64,000 bases of DNA from an uncultured Thermoplasmata archaeon (GTDB lineage Archaea; Thermoplasmatota; Thermoplasmata; Halarchaeoplasmatales; Halarchaeoplasmataceae), in the NCBI GenBank assembly GCA_964394465.1, contig CAYMXS010000007.1, positions 7,086-71,085 on the forward strand, written 5' to 3'. Numbering within the stretch: the stretch's first letter is position 1; each line of letters opens with the position of its first letter. Made by a program: the position numbers and the translations under genes. The notes under the pieces were generated by a model. It searched no databases, had not been told where the DNA came from, and worked only from the letters and a program-made list of their open reading frames with translations. Of this stretch, positions 36,457 to 44,825 are shown in pieces.

Positions 36457-37910
36457 TTTCCCACCCCCACCTTGATGTCGGTGAACCGAGTGGGCGCACA
36501 GCCGTGTCCTACCTGCATGGTTTGAGGTGGCTCTCCCTTACCGCAGTTGGGAACACCGTGGAGTATCCAGTCGTCTTCTCCCGCTATGGCATCACAGTTA
36601 CGCCAGAAGTCGTACGTTATCCCGGTATAGGTCGGATTCTTCAGCAGTTTCACTATCTCGCCGTCCTCTATGAGGTATCCGGCCTCGGTACCGAACAGGA
36701 AGTTCAACCTCTTATCGTCGATGCTCCAGCTCTTTATCGTGTCGAAGAGGATGCCTTTATCCGTCTCCTCGATTATCTCCTCTCTCGACCAGTCTCCGGG
36801 CTCCAGATTTATGTTTGTCATCCTAACGAGAGGTATGTTCTGCCAACCATCGGCTCTCATGTTACCGCTGGGCTCTACGCCGACCTCGGCGGCCCCTTCT
36901 CTTGAAGCCTGATAGCCGACGAACTGGCCGTCTTTGACCAGGTCCACTTTTTTGGCCTTGACACCTTCGTCGTCGTATCCGAAGGTACCCATCCCACCTT
37001 CAGCAGTAGCATCTGCGGTAAGATTCACTATGTCAGAGCCGTATCTCAACTCGTTCAGCTTGTCTGGTGTCAGGAAGCTGGTCCCGGCGTAGTTCGCTTC
37101 CGTTCCGAGGACTCTGTCCAATTCCGTAGCGTGTCCACAGCTCTCGTGTATCTGTAGTGCCAGTTGAGAGGTATCCAGTATTATATCCATCTCGCCCTCT
37201 GGGCACTGATCCGCCTCCAGCAGTTCGAGGCTCTCCTCGGCTGTGGACTCAGCGTTCTCTAGAAGGTCCAATCCTTCGAAGAACTCATAACCGTCGGAGT
37301 GGAAGTCCCCTCCGAAGGAGTTCGGATAACTCCTCTTCTGGGTGTCGTCCCCGTCGGAGGCGTTGACGCTCATACCTCCACCTGTCTGGACTATCTCCTG
37401 ATCGATCCTGGCCCCTTCGGTGGATGCGAACTCTTTATCGAACCTCCATGCGTAGAAGTTTATCTGCCGCATCTTGATCCTGTCGTCTATGTCCAGTCTG
37501 GAATCCACCTCGGTCATCAGGTCCAGTTTTTCCTCCAAGCTGACCTCGAAGGGGTCTGTTTTGTAATCGTTCTTATAACTGTCCTGATGCACCTCTATAT
37601 CTTTGAAGGCCACCTTTCCCGATACTTTCGAGGAAGCTCTAGCTATCTTCGCGGCCTTCTTGACCGTTCTTTTGACTCCGGCTTTGCTCATGTCCGAGGA
37701 AGATGCGAACCCCCATCCATCTCCCCTCAGTATCCTTATGCCGTAGCCTCTACTCTCTTCATCCTTTATGGCCTCTACAGAACCGTTCTTTACGACGATC
37801 CTCTCCGTGTTTATGTTCGATAAGCGGATATCTCCGTATCTAGAATCCTGTTTCTCTAATTCTTTGATTGCAAAATCTACGAGATCGCTCATGTTTGCAC
37901 CGTCATGCAA
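36450..37910 (-). CDS. tldD: TldD-family metallopeptidase.
   Basis: 486 aa. HESCGH (HExxxH) motif present, plus GxC...GGG C-terminal motifs. Confidence 0.7.
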   Translation of the reverse strand: MHDGANMSDLVDFAIKELEKQDSRYGDIRLSNINTERIVVKNGSVEAIKDEESRGYGIRILRGDGWGFASSSDMSKAGVKRTVKKAAKIARASSKVSGKVAFKDIEVHQDSYKNDYKTDPFEVSLEEKLDLMTEVDSRLDIDDRIKMRQINFYAWRFDKEFASTEGARIDQEIVQTGGGMSVNASDGDDTQKRSYPNSFGGDFHSDGYEFFEGLDLLENAESTAEESLELLEADQCPEGEMDIILDTSQLALQIHESCGHATELDRVLGTEANYAGTSFLTPDKLNELRYGSDIVNLTADATAEGGMGTFGYDDEGVKAKKVDLVKDGQFVGYQASREGAAEVGVEPSGNMRADGWQNIPLVRMTNINLEPGDWSREEIIEETDKGILFDTIKSWSIDDKRLNFLFGTEAGYLIEDGEIVKLLKNPTYTGITYDFWRNCDAIAGEDDWILHGVPNCGKGEPPQTMQVGHGCAPTRFTDIKVGVGKW

Positions 37911-37997
37911 ATCGTTCTGCCCTATTTATATATTATGCCCTCGTCCTAGAAAACAAGGGGACGGGTAAGAGAATAAATATATATAATCTATAACTAT

Positions 37998-38549
37998 GTG
38001 ATAAGGGAGGAGAATGATATAATGTACGAAGCATTAGATGAATTGAGTCTCAAAGAGCTGATTGGCTATTCCATAAGGTCCGAGAAGAAGGCCAACAAGT
38101 TCTACAACCAGATAGCCGATGAACTCCCGGAACTCATGTCAAATCGGTTCAAGAGCCTGGCTGATGACGAAGAGATGCACAAAAGGCATCTACTGAAACT
38201 CCACAAGAAATTGTTCGGCGATACAGATTACGTGGTCCCGGAAAAGGAAGGACTGCCCCCTCACGAGGGAGATGTGAAGTTGGATTCAGTATCGAACCTT
38301 TTGGAATCGTTGGATAAGGCCATGGATAACGAAAGAAACGCCTACAGGATATACAAGTATCTAGCCGAGAACCATGAGGAACATCAGAACCTGTTCGAGT
38401 ATCTAGCTATCATGGAGCACGGCCATCTTGAGTCTCTGAAGAAGGAGAAGGAGATGCTAGAGGGAAGGGTGACCAGCAGACCAGATGCTAGGAACCAGGC
38501 ACCCGATAGTTTCTTCAGTTTCGAATTCGAGAAAAGACAGACCCAGTGA
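37998..38549 (+). CDS. Ferritin-like diiron-carboxylate protein (rubrerythrin-like four-helix bundle), paralog 1 of 4.
   Basis: E...E-x2-H...E...E-x2-H ligand pattern (SEK..; DDEEMH; ENERNAYRIY; MEHGHLE). Conserved C-terminal tail SFFSFEFEKRQTQ. Start may be the Met at 38022 (MYEALDEL). Confidence 0.6.
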   Translation: MIREENDIMYEALDELSLKELIGYSIRSEKKANKFYNQIADELPELMSNRFKSLADDEEMHKRHLLKLHKKLFGDTDYVVPEKEGLPPHEGDVKLDSVSNLLESLDKAMDNERNAYRIYKYLAENHEEHQNLFEYLAIMEHGHLESLKKEKEMLEGRVTSRPDARNQAPDSFFSFEFEKRQTQ

Positions 38550-38681
38550 TATAACTGGACAAGACCTTCATCAAAAACTTTTATCCCTCTTTTTAACTTT
38601 TTGCCCTGTAGATTGATTATGAAGATGATACATAAGTATTTATAATCTGACTCACATATCCATAAATTGGAGGGATGAAAT

Positions 38682-39212
38682 ATGTATGAAGCTTTAGATA
38701 GATTGAGTCTAAAGGAGATAATCGGATACTGTATAGAATCGGAAAAGAACACCGCCCAGATCTACAGGAAGATCTCTAAAGACCTTCCTGAACTGATGTC
38801 CAACAGATTCAAGAGCTTGGCCGATGATGAAGACCTGCAGAGAGAACAGTTACTAAAGATCCATAAAATATTATTTGGAGACAAGAAGTACGTGGTCCCC
38901 AAAAAGGAAGGCCTGCCCCGACTCCAGAGTGATGTTACCTCGAAATCGGTCGGTAACCTTTTGGACGCTCTAGCCAAGGCGATCGATCATGAAAACAACG
39001 TGTACAAGGTCTACAAGTATATATCGGAGAACCACGAGGAACAAAAAGACCTGTTCGAGTATCTAGCAATGATGGAGCACGGCCATCTCGAGTCGCTGAA
39101 GAAGGAGAAGGAGATGCTGGAGGGAAAGGTGTCAGGTGCTAAATCCGGGACAGAAGATCGTGATTCCGAGACACTACTCACTTTTTCCTTTGAGAAAAGA
39201 CAGACCCAATGA
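38682..39212 (+). CDS. Ferritin-like diiron protein, paralog 2.
   Basis: About 60% identical to paralog 1. GGAGG Shine-Dalgarno-like sequence. Conserved upstream box aagtatttataatct. C-terminal TFSFEKRQTQ. Confidence 0.6.
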   Translation: MYEALDRLSLKEIIGYCIESEKNTAQIYRKISKDLPELMSNRFKSLADDEDLQREQLLKIHKILFGDKKYVVPKKEGLPRLQSDVTSKSVGNLLDALAKAIDHENNVYKVYKYISENHEEQKDLFEYLAMMEHGHLESLKKEKEMLEGKVSGAKSGTEDRDSETLLTFSFEKRQTQ

Positions 39213-39321
39213 GGATCCTAAGTATACAAAGCCAAAGATACAAAGTTCAATCCACCTCAATGCTTGATAAATAAGTATTTATAATCTAAGTATCATATGA
39301 CTATTAGGGAAGAGATGAGAT

Positions 39322-39846
39322 ATGAACAGATCGTTTGAGAAATTGAGTCTCAAGGAGTTGATAGGCTATTCAATAGAGGCCGAAAAGAATACTAGAGATA
39401 TATACACTCAGATATCCAAAAGTCTTCCTGAACTGATGTCCAACAGGTTCAAGAGTCTGGCGGATGAGGAAGATATGCACAGACAGCAGTTACTCAAGAT
39501 GTATGAAAAACTGTTTGGTGATAGAGAATATATGGTTCAACTTGACGATATGCCGGCCCTTGAGAGCGAAGTCACGTCGAAGTCAATCGGTGACCTGTTG
39601 GAGGCTCTAGGTACGGCAATCGAGAACGAGAAGAATTCGTACCAGTTATATAAGCATGCGTCGAAACGCTACAAAAAGCATAGAATCTATTTCGAGTATC
39701 TAGCGGTGATGGAGCACGGTCATCTCGAGTCCTTGATGAAGGAGAAGAAATTGATAGAGGGCGAGATCGTCAGCCGTTCTAGGGCCATGGAGAGGACACC
39801 AGAATCCTTCTTCAACTTCGAGTTCGAGAAAAGACAGATACAGTGA
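39322..39846 (+). CDS. Ferritin-like diiron protein, paralog 3.
   Basis: Same architecture. Upstream box aagtatttataatct. C-terminal SFFNFEFEKRQIQ. Confidence 0.6.
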   Translation: MNRSFEKLSLKELIGYSIEAEKNTRDIYTQISKSLPELMSNRFKSLADEEDMHRQQLLKMYEKLFGDREYMVQLDDMPALESEVTSKSIGDLLEALGTAIENEKNSYQLYKHASKRYKKHRIYFEYLAVMEHGHLESLMKEKKLIEGEIVSRSRAMERTPESFFNFEFEKRQIQ

Positions 39847-39917
39847 TCAGATATATAAATAGAAAAGATAAGATGATGCAGGCCGCTCAGCCTACATCTT
39901 TTGTTTTTTTTGACCTT

Positions 39918-40718
39918 TTATTCTTCATCAGGATTTTTCAGACCTTGTTCCTCTTCTGCTGATAGCGGTTGCTGCTCTTTTGGAGGCGGTCTGTACTGCT
40001 GTTGCTGTTGATGTCTGCCTTCACTTTCTTCTTCACTCTTCAGCACCTTCAGTAGAACCACCACTATTATCACTATTATCACGATGGGCACGATTATCGC
40101 GAGAGCCAGCAGGATCATGCTCCCCGCCCATATACTCTGGAAGATCGCTTCGTCGCTGACATCGGATCCCGAACCAGACCCGGTACCGGATCCCCCACTG
40201 CTCCCTGAGCTCGTTTCAGTCCAGGAGTAAAGGTAGTCTACGGACCCCCCTCCGCTCTGTAAGTCCGAGTGCACGCAGTAGGCCCAAAAGTAGAAGTCGT
40301 CCATATTTGAGAAGACCGAATCGGGGATACTCATATCGAGTGTACCACCCGAGATCGAGAATTCCGAAATGCCGGCGTTGGTCGCCTGACCGGAATAATC
40401 AACCCAATTCGCTTCTCCGTCCGAATAGGCAATCCATACGTTCTGATTCTCCGATTTCATCTCCGTTATATATATCCAATATCCGTATTCGTTGTACTCG
40501 TCGTGGTCCTTTATCTCTCCCGAGACATCTATAGTGAAGACGATCTCATCACCGGATTTCCTCGAAGAGACCTTGGTTATATCCACGTCGGGATTGGTCA
40601 CGTCATTAGCTACATCGTTTACAGTTTTGGTAAAATCGATGGCAGATACCGTCCCAGAGATAGCTAGTAGTATTATCGCTATTACAGCTACTGAGGCTAA
40701 CAGTCTTTTCTCGTTCAA
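39918..40718 (-). CDS. Type-I membrane or surface protein: signal peptide, extracellular domain, Gly/Ser linker, C-terminal TM and Q/P-rich tail.
   Basis: MNEKRLLASVAVIAIILLAISGTVSA signal. GSSGGSGTGSGSGS linker. C-terminal TM AGSMILLALAIIVPIVIIVIIVVVLL. Confidence 0.45.
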   Translation of the reverse strand: MNEKRLLASVAVIAIILLAISGTVSAIDFTKTVNDVANDVTNPDVDITKVSSRKSGDEIVFTIDVSGEIKDHDEYNEYGYWIYITEMKSENQNVWIAYSDGEANWVDYSGQATNAGISEFSISGGTLDMSIPDSVFSNMDDFYFWAYCVHSDLQSGGGSVDYLYSWTETSSGSSGGSGTGSGSGSDVSDEAIFQSIWAGSMILLALAIIVPIVIIVIIVVVLLKVLKSEEESEGRHQQQQQYRPPPKEQQPLSAEEEQGLKNPDEE

Positions 40719-40837
40719 TATTTCACCCGGTTACCTATCAGATTTGAAGTATATAGAATTATCTATCCTTTTTGTGAAAATATCAAAGGGGTATGTTGTC
40801 ACGAAAATGTTTAATATTCTACTGAACGTGAAGAGTA

Positions 40838-41383
40838 TTGAAGAACATGTATAAGCATCTAGAGAACTTCAGTTTGAAGGAACTGATAGGGTACTCTATA
40901 GAATCTGAAGAGGCCTCGGCTAGGTTCTACAGCGATTTCGCTGAAACCTCGGTAGAGGAGATAATGAAAGAGCGTTTCAAGAGCCTTGCTAGGGATGAGA
41001 GGATACATAAAAAGGCACTCCTAGATATCCATGAAAAGGAGTTCGGGACCAGGGATTATACGATACCGGAATCTGAGGGACTTCCACCTCACGAGAGTTC
41101 CCATGATTTCGATGACGTAGTCAATCTGATAGATACCTTGGAGAAGGCCATGGAAAACGAGCGCAACGCCTTTAGGATCTATCAGTACCTGGCAAAGAGA
41201 TATGACGACCACAGGCCCATATTTCAATACCTAGCTATCATGGAGAAAGGTCACTACGAATCCATCAAGGCAGAGAGAGATATGCTGGAGGACGAGACCA
41301 TAGAGAGTACGGAACTGGATGAGAAGTCCATCTCGAACCTCTGGGCCGAACATCCCCTGTGCAGTAGAGCCGATAAAGATTAG
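40838..41383 (+). CDS. Ferritin-like diiron protein, divergent paralog 4, lacking the conserved C-terminal tail.
   Basis: Same E/H ligand pattern (ESEE; RDERIH; ENERNAFRIY; MEKGHYES). About 45% identical to paralogs 1-3. Different C-terminus and different promoter region. Confidence 0.55.
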   Translation: MKNMYKHLENFSLKELIGYSIESEEASARFYSDFAETSVEEIMKERFKSLARDERIHKKALLDIHEKEFGTRDYTIPESEGLPPHESSHDFDDVVNLIDTLEKAMENERNAFRIYQYLAKRYDDHRPIFQYLAIMEKGHYESIKAERDMLEDETIESTELDEKSISNLWAEHPLCSRADKD

Positions 41384-41384
41384 A

Positions 41385-42074
41385 CTAATCATCATCGGGA
41401 ACTAGCTCTTTAACCCGGTATACGCCCCTCCTACCGTCCCACTCCTTCTCCTCCCTCAGTACTTTGAAAGCCTCCTGATAGTTCGGTGCGTCAAGGACGA
41501 GCGTCTCGTATTCACCGCCCTCGCCGGAGGGATTTATCCCATACTCCACTTCTAGTTCCAATAGCTCATCAATGCAGTCTTGATCCATCTGCCTCCCGAG
41601 CCATCCTTGATCCAGACCCATGGCCGAGACGCTGACCATTATGGCCTTAAAACCGTTCTCGACCAGTTCATCCAGTAACTCTTTTTGATCCATGTTCCAG
41701 AGGGGGGCGTAAATCTCTAACGAAAATTCAGAGCCCAGTCTCTCAACTCTATCCATCTGATAACTGGATGCTACGGCCCCTACGATCAGGCCGTCTATTT
41801 CATCGCCGAGTTCTTCAAGGGCCTTCCTCAGATCGTTCAGTTCCTTCTCTTTCTTACCCTCTGTCTTCACTTTGATCAAATCGATATCCATGGAATCAGC
41901 CAGTTGTGGGACTAGATGGAGGTTGGGCTTGTGGAACATATAGGAATCCTCCTTCTCTGGCACCACGGTGATAAGAACATCTACGTCTATACGTTCACGC
42001 TGTGCCAGCCAAAGGGCTAGAGAAGAGTCCTTTCCTCCGGAATAAAGTGCTGCGAAGCCCATGAAATCCTCCAT
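41385..42074 (-). CDS. PP-loop ATP pyrophosphatase, diphthine--ammonia ligase (Dph6)-like, MJ0570 family.
   Basis: N-terminal SGGKDS PP-loop and alpha/beta ATP-binding domain. 229 aa. Confidence 0.6.
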   Translation of the reverse strand: MEDFMGFAALYSGGKDSSLALWLAQRERIDVDVLITVVPEKEDSYMFHKPNLHLVPQLADSMDIDLIKVKTEGKKEKELNDLRKALEELGDEIDGLIVGAVASSYQMDRVERLGSEFSLEIYAPLWNMDQKELLDELVENGFKAIMVSVSAMGLDQGWLGRQMDQDCIDELLELEVEYGINPSGEGGEYETLVLDAPNYQEAFKVLREEKEWDGRRGVYRVKELVPDDD

Positions 42075-42120
42075 AAGATGTTAGATGATGTCAGAAAGCA
42101 AATTAGGAAAGAAAAGGTTT

Positions 42121-43266
42121 TTAGATATACTTCGGATGTTTCTTGTTATCGACCCATTTCTCCTTCTGCTCGAAGACCTCTCTCTCCAGGTTGTCAAGTC
42201 CTTCGTCCAGAGCCTTCATTATGTTCCAGTCGAACTCCTTTGAATAGAACATGCCGTAGTCCGTTGAGAGTCTCAATCTTATGCTGTACTTGGCCTGGTT
42301 GCCTTCCTTCTGGTGTGAGACCACATGTATGTTCAGTACCAGTGGCTTCATCACCTTGTTGATCTTCCGCAGGTATTTCTGCACCAGGTCGTACATCTGG
42401 TCGTACATCTCAGCGTCCTCTTCCAAACCTGTTATCTGCACGTAGACCTGGTCTGCTTCTCTGAAGCTTGTGATCATCTCTATGAGGTCGAACTCGGTCA
42501 GTATCCCCTTTATATCGTCGTCGTCCACGGCTACCAATGTAGAGATACCGTTCTCGCTCATCTTCTTTGCAGCTTCTGGTATAGAATCCGTTGGAGACGC
42601 AGTTATGGGTGGGTTGACCATGACGCTCCTGACCTCGAGGCCGGTATATGGAGAATCACGCTCTCCGGTCCTGTCTCCTTTCTCCTCCCTCTTCACGGGC
42701 CGCGCCTCTTCTAGTATATCGCTGATGCCGACCATGCCGGTCAGTCTTTCGTGCTTGTCCACAACCGGTAAGACCCTGACGTCCAGCTTCTTCATCATGG
42801 CTTTGGCTTTACCTACGCTCTCGTGTTCCTTTATCGTGGAAGGCGAGGGTGTCATGAACTCACTGACCTTCGTGTTCTTGAGCTCGTCTATCTCGGGAAC
42901 GATCTTTGTTATGTCCTTCCTGGAGATAAAACCTGTATAGCTGCTGTTCCCAGAAGTTACCGGTATCCCCCTATAATTGGAGGACAGCAGCATCTCGCTC
43001 ACATCGACGATGGAGTCCTGTTCCCTGACGTGCGGCGGCTTGCTCATCACGTGCTCGAGCTTCGTCGAGAAAGGTAGGTTCCTTTTGTCTATGAAGGTCC
43101 CGTCGCTTATTATCCCGATAACGTCCCCCTCTTCAACGATGGGGACCTCGCTTATCTCGTGTTTCTTCATCAACCCGATGGCATCAGAAACGGTGTCCTC
43201 GGGATGGGCGGACACCGACTTATCTCTCATTATCTCCTTGGCCGTAACATCATCTATCTTAGCCAT
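42121..43266 (-). CDS. Four CBS domains fused to a C-terminal ribosome hibernation-promoting-factor/RaiA (S30AE)-like domain.
   Basis: Two CBS pairs (residues ~1-270). The C-terminal ~100 aa align along the whole bacterial HPF core: VYVQITG...VLNIHVV...RLRLSTDYGMFYSKEFDWNIMKALDEGLDNLEREVFEQKEK compared with E. coli HPF LNITG...VLKVEK...[38 protein letters not shown]. Confidence 0.55.
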   Translation of the reverse strand: MAKIDDVTAKEIMRDKSVSAHPEDTVSDAIGLMKKHEISEVPIVEEGDVIGIISDGTFIDKRNLPFSTKLEHVMSKPPHVREQDSIVDVSEMLLSSNYRGIPVTSGNSSYTGFISRKDITKIVPEIDELKNTKVSEFMTPSPSTIKEHESVGKAKAMMKKLDVRVLPVVDKHERLTGMVGISDILEEARPVKREEKGDRTGERDSPYTGLEVRSVMVNPPITASPTDSIPEAAKKMSENGISTLVAVDDDDIKGILTEFDLIEMITSFREADQVYVQITGLEEDAEMYDQMYDLVQKYLRKINKVMKPLVLNIHVVSHQKEGNQAKYSIRLRLSTDYGMFYSKEFDWNIMKALDEGLDNLEREVFEQKEKWVDNKKHPKYI

Positions 43267-43459
43267 TTTAGATCATCTCGATTCCTTTTTCTGAGGGCAA
43301 TAAAGACATGATTAAAGGCTTTTTCCCCCCTATATAAAGATAAGGTTTTGAACCTATAAAAAAATTCTCCCTCTCGGGCCTTATCCATCAGATAAAGACA
43401 GTTACGAGACAAAAATGATTTAATATTCGAGGTAATATCCCCTCTCGACAGGTGTTAAA

Positions 43460-44755
43460 ATGGATGAGAGTGCAAGATATATATACGAGCAGGCGAAGAA
43501 GCACACCGAGTGGTTCGCTGAATGCCTGCCGATGATAGCTTCAGAGAACATAATCAGCCCCCTAGCCAGGGAATTAATGTTATCAGAGTTCCAGGACAAG
43601 TACGCGGAGGGACCGCCTGGGGACAGGTACTACGAAGGCAACAAATACGTGGATAACGTAGAGGTGAAGGTACAGGAGATGGCCAAGGACCTCTTCGGCG
43701 TGGATTACGCCGACGTTCGGCCCATATCCGGGACGAACGCGAATCAAGCCGTACTGATGGCACTGGGAGGACCAGACAAGTCGATAACCTCTGTAGACGT
43801 CTCAGACGGTGCCCACATCTCCAGCGCCAAGTTCGGTTCCGTCGGTATGAGAGGCATGGAGCCCAAGACCTATCCCTTCGACGTGGACGAGATGAACATC
43901 GATCTGGAAGGTACGAAGGAACTGATCCGAGAAGAAGAGCCCGACATAGCGCTTTTCGGACGTTCGGTCTACCTCTTCCCGCCGCCGCTTGACGAGCTGC
44001 AGGACGTCTTCGAAGAGGTCGGATGCCACGTCTGGTATGACGGTGCCCACGTTCTGGGTCTGATAGCCGGGAACAATTTCCAGCAGCCCATGGATAACGG
44101 CGTAGAAGTCATGACCGGAAGTACACATAAAACTCTACCGGGTCCTCAGAGAGGGATAATCCTGGCCAACCCGAGGGACGAGAAGACCGAGGAAGGCCTC
44201 TTCTACGGCATGTTCCCAGGGGTAGTTTCGAACCATCATCTTCATTCCATGGCCGCTCTAGGTATATCTCTAGCGGAACATAGGAAGTTCGGAGAAGAAT
44301 ATACAGATCAGATAATAAAGAACGCCCAAGCCTTAGGCCAGGCCCTCTCAGAGAGAGGTATAAACGTGCTGTGCGAGCACAAGGGCTTCACGGAGTCGCA
44401 CACTCTAGCGATAGACGTCCAGGACCAGGGTGGCGGTGAGACTTTAGTGGAAGCCATGGAAGACGCAAACATGATAGCCAACAAGAACCTGATGCCCTGG
44501 GACGACGTGGACAGTGCCAACGAGCCGAGCGGCATAAGGCTGGGCAGCCAGGCTCTTACAAGATTGGGCATGAAGGAGCGGCACATGGACGAAGTGGCGG
44601 AGTTCATAAAGCGCATAATCTTAGACGATGAAGATCCTGAGAGCGTGAAGGAAGACGTCAAGGCGTTCAGGAACGATTTCCAGGAGATACACTACTGCTT
44701 CCACGAGGGTTTGCCCGCCCACGAGCACTTCACGTTCCTGGACAAGTACGAGTAG
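43460..44755 (+). CDS. glyA: Serine hydroxymethyltransferase.
   Basis: 431 aa. PLP-lysine region TGSTHKTLPGPQRG. Archaeal-type SHMT. Confidence 0.85.
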   Translation: MDESARYIYEQAKKHTEWFAECLPMIASENIISPLARELMLSEFQDKYAEGPPGDRYYEGNKYVDNVEVKVQEMAKDLFGVDYADVRPISGTNANQAVLMALGGPDKSITSVDVSDGAHISSAKFGSVGMRGMEPKTYPFDVDEMNIDLEGTKELIREEEPDIALFGRSVYLFPPPLDELQDVFEEVGCHVWYDGAHVLGLIAGNNFQQPMDNGVEVMTGSTHKTLPGPQRGIILANPRDEKTEEGLFYGMFPGVVSNHHLHSMAALGISLAEHRKFGEEYTDQIIKNAQALGQALSERGINVLCEHKGFTESHTLAIDVQDQGGGETLVEAMEDANMIANKNLMPWDDVDSANEPSGIRLGSQALTRLGMKERHMDEVAEFIKRIILDDEDPESVKEDVKAFRNDFQEIHYCFHEGLPAHEHFTFLDKYE

Positions 44756-44825
44756 GGACCAAAAAAGAGATAGAAAAGAATAGAAAAGAAAAAACGAGGG
44801 TAACCCCCTCTCTTTTAAACCTTTT

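Noticed and set aside
37998-41383. The ferritin-like paralogs as definite encapsulin cargo.
   Set aside because: No HK97-fold encapsulin shell gene is present in the window, and the tail motif does not match known bacterial cargo-loading peptides. This is kept only as a hypothesis in the findings.
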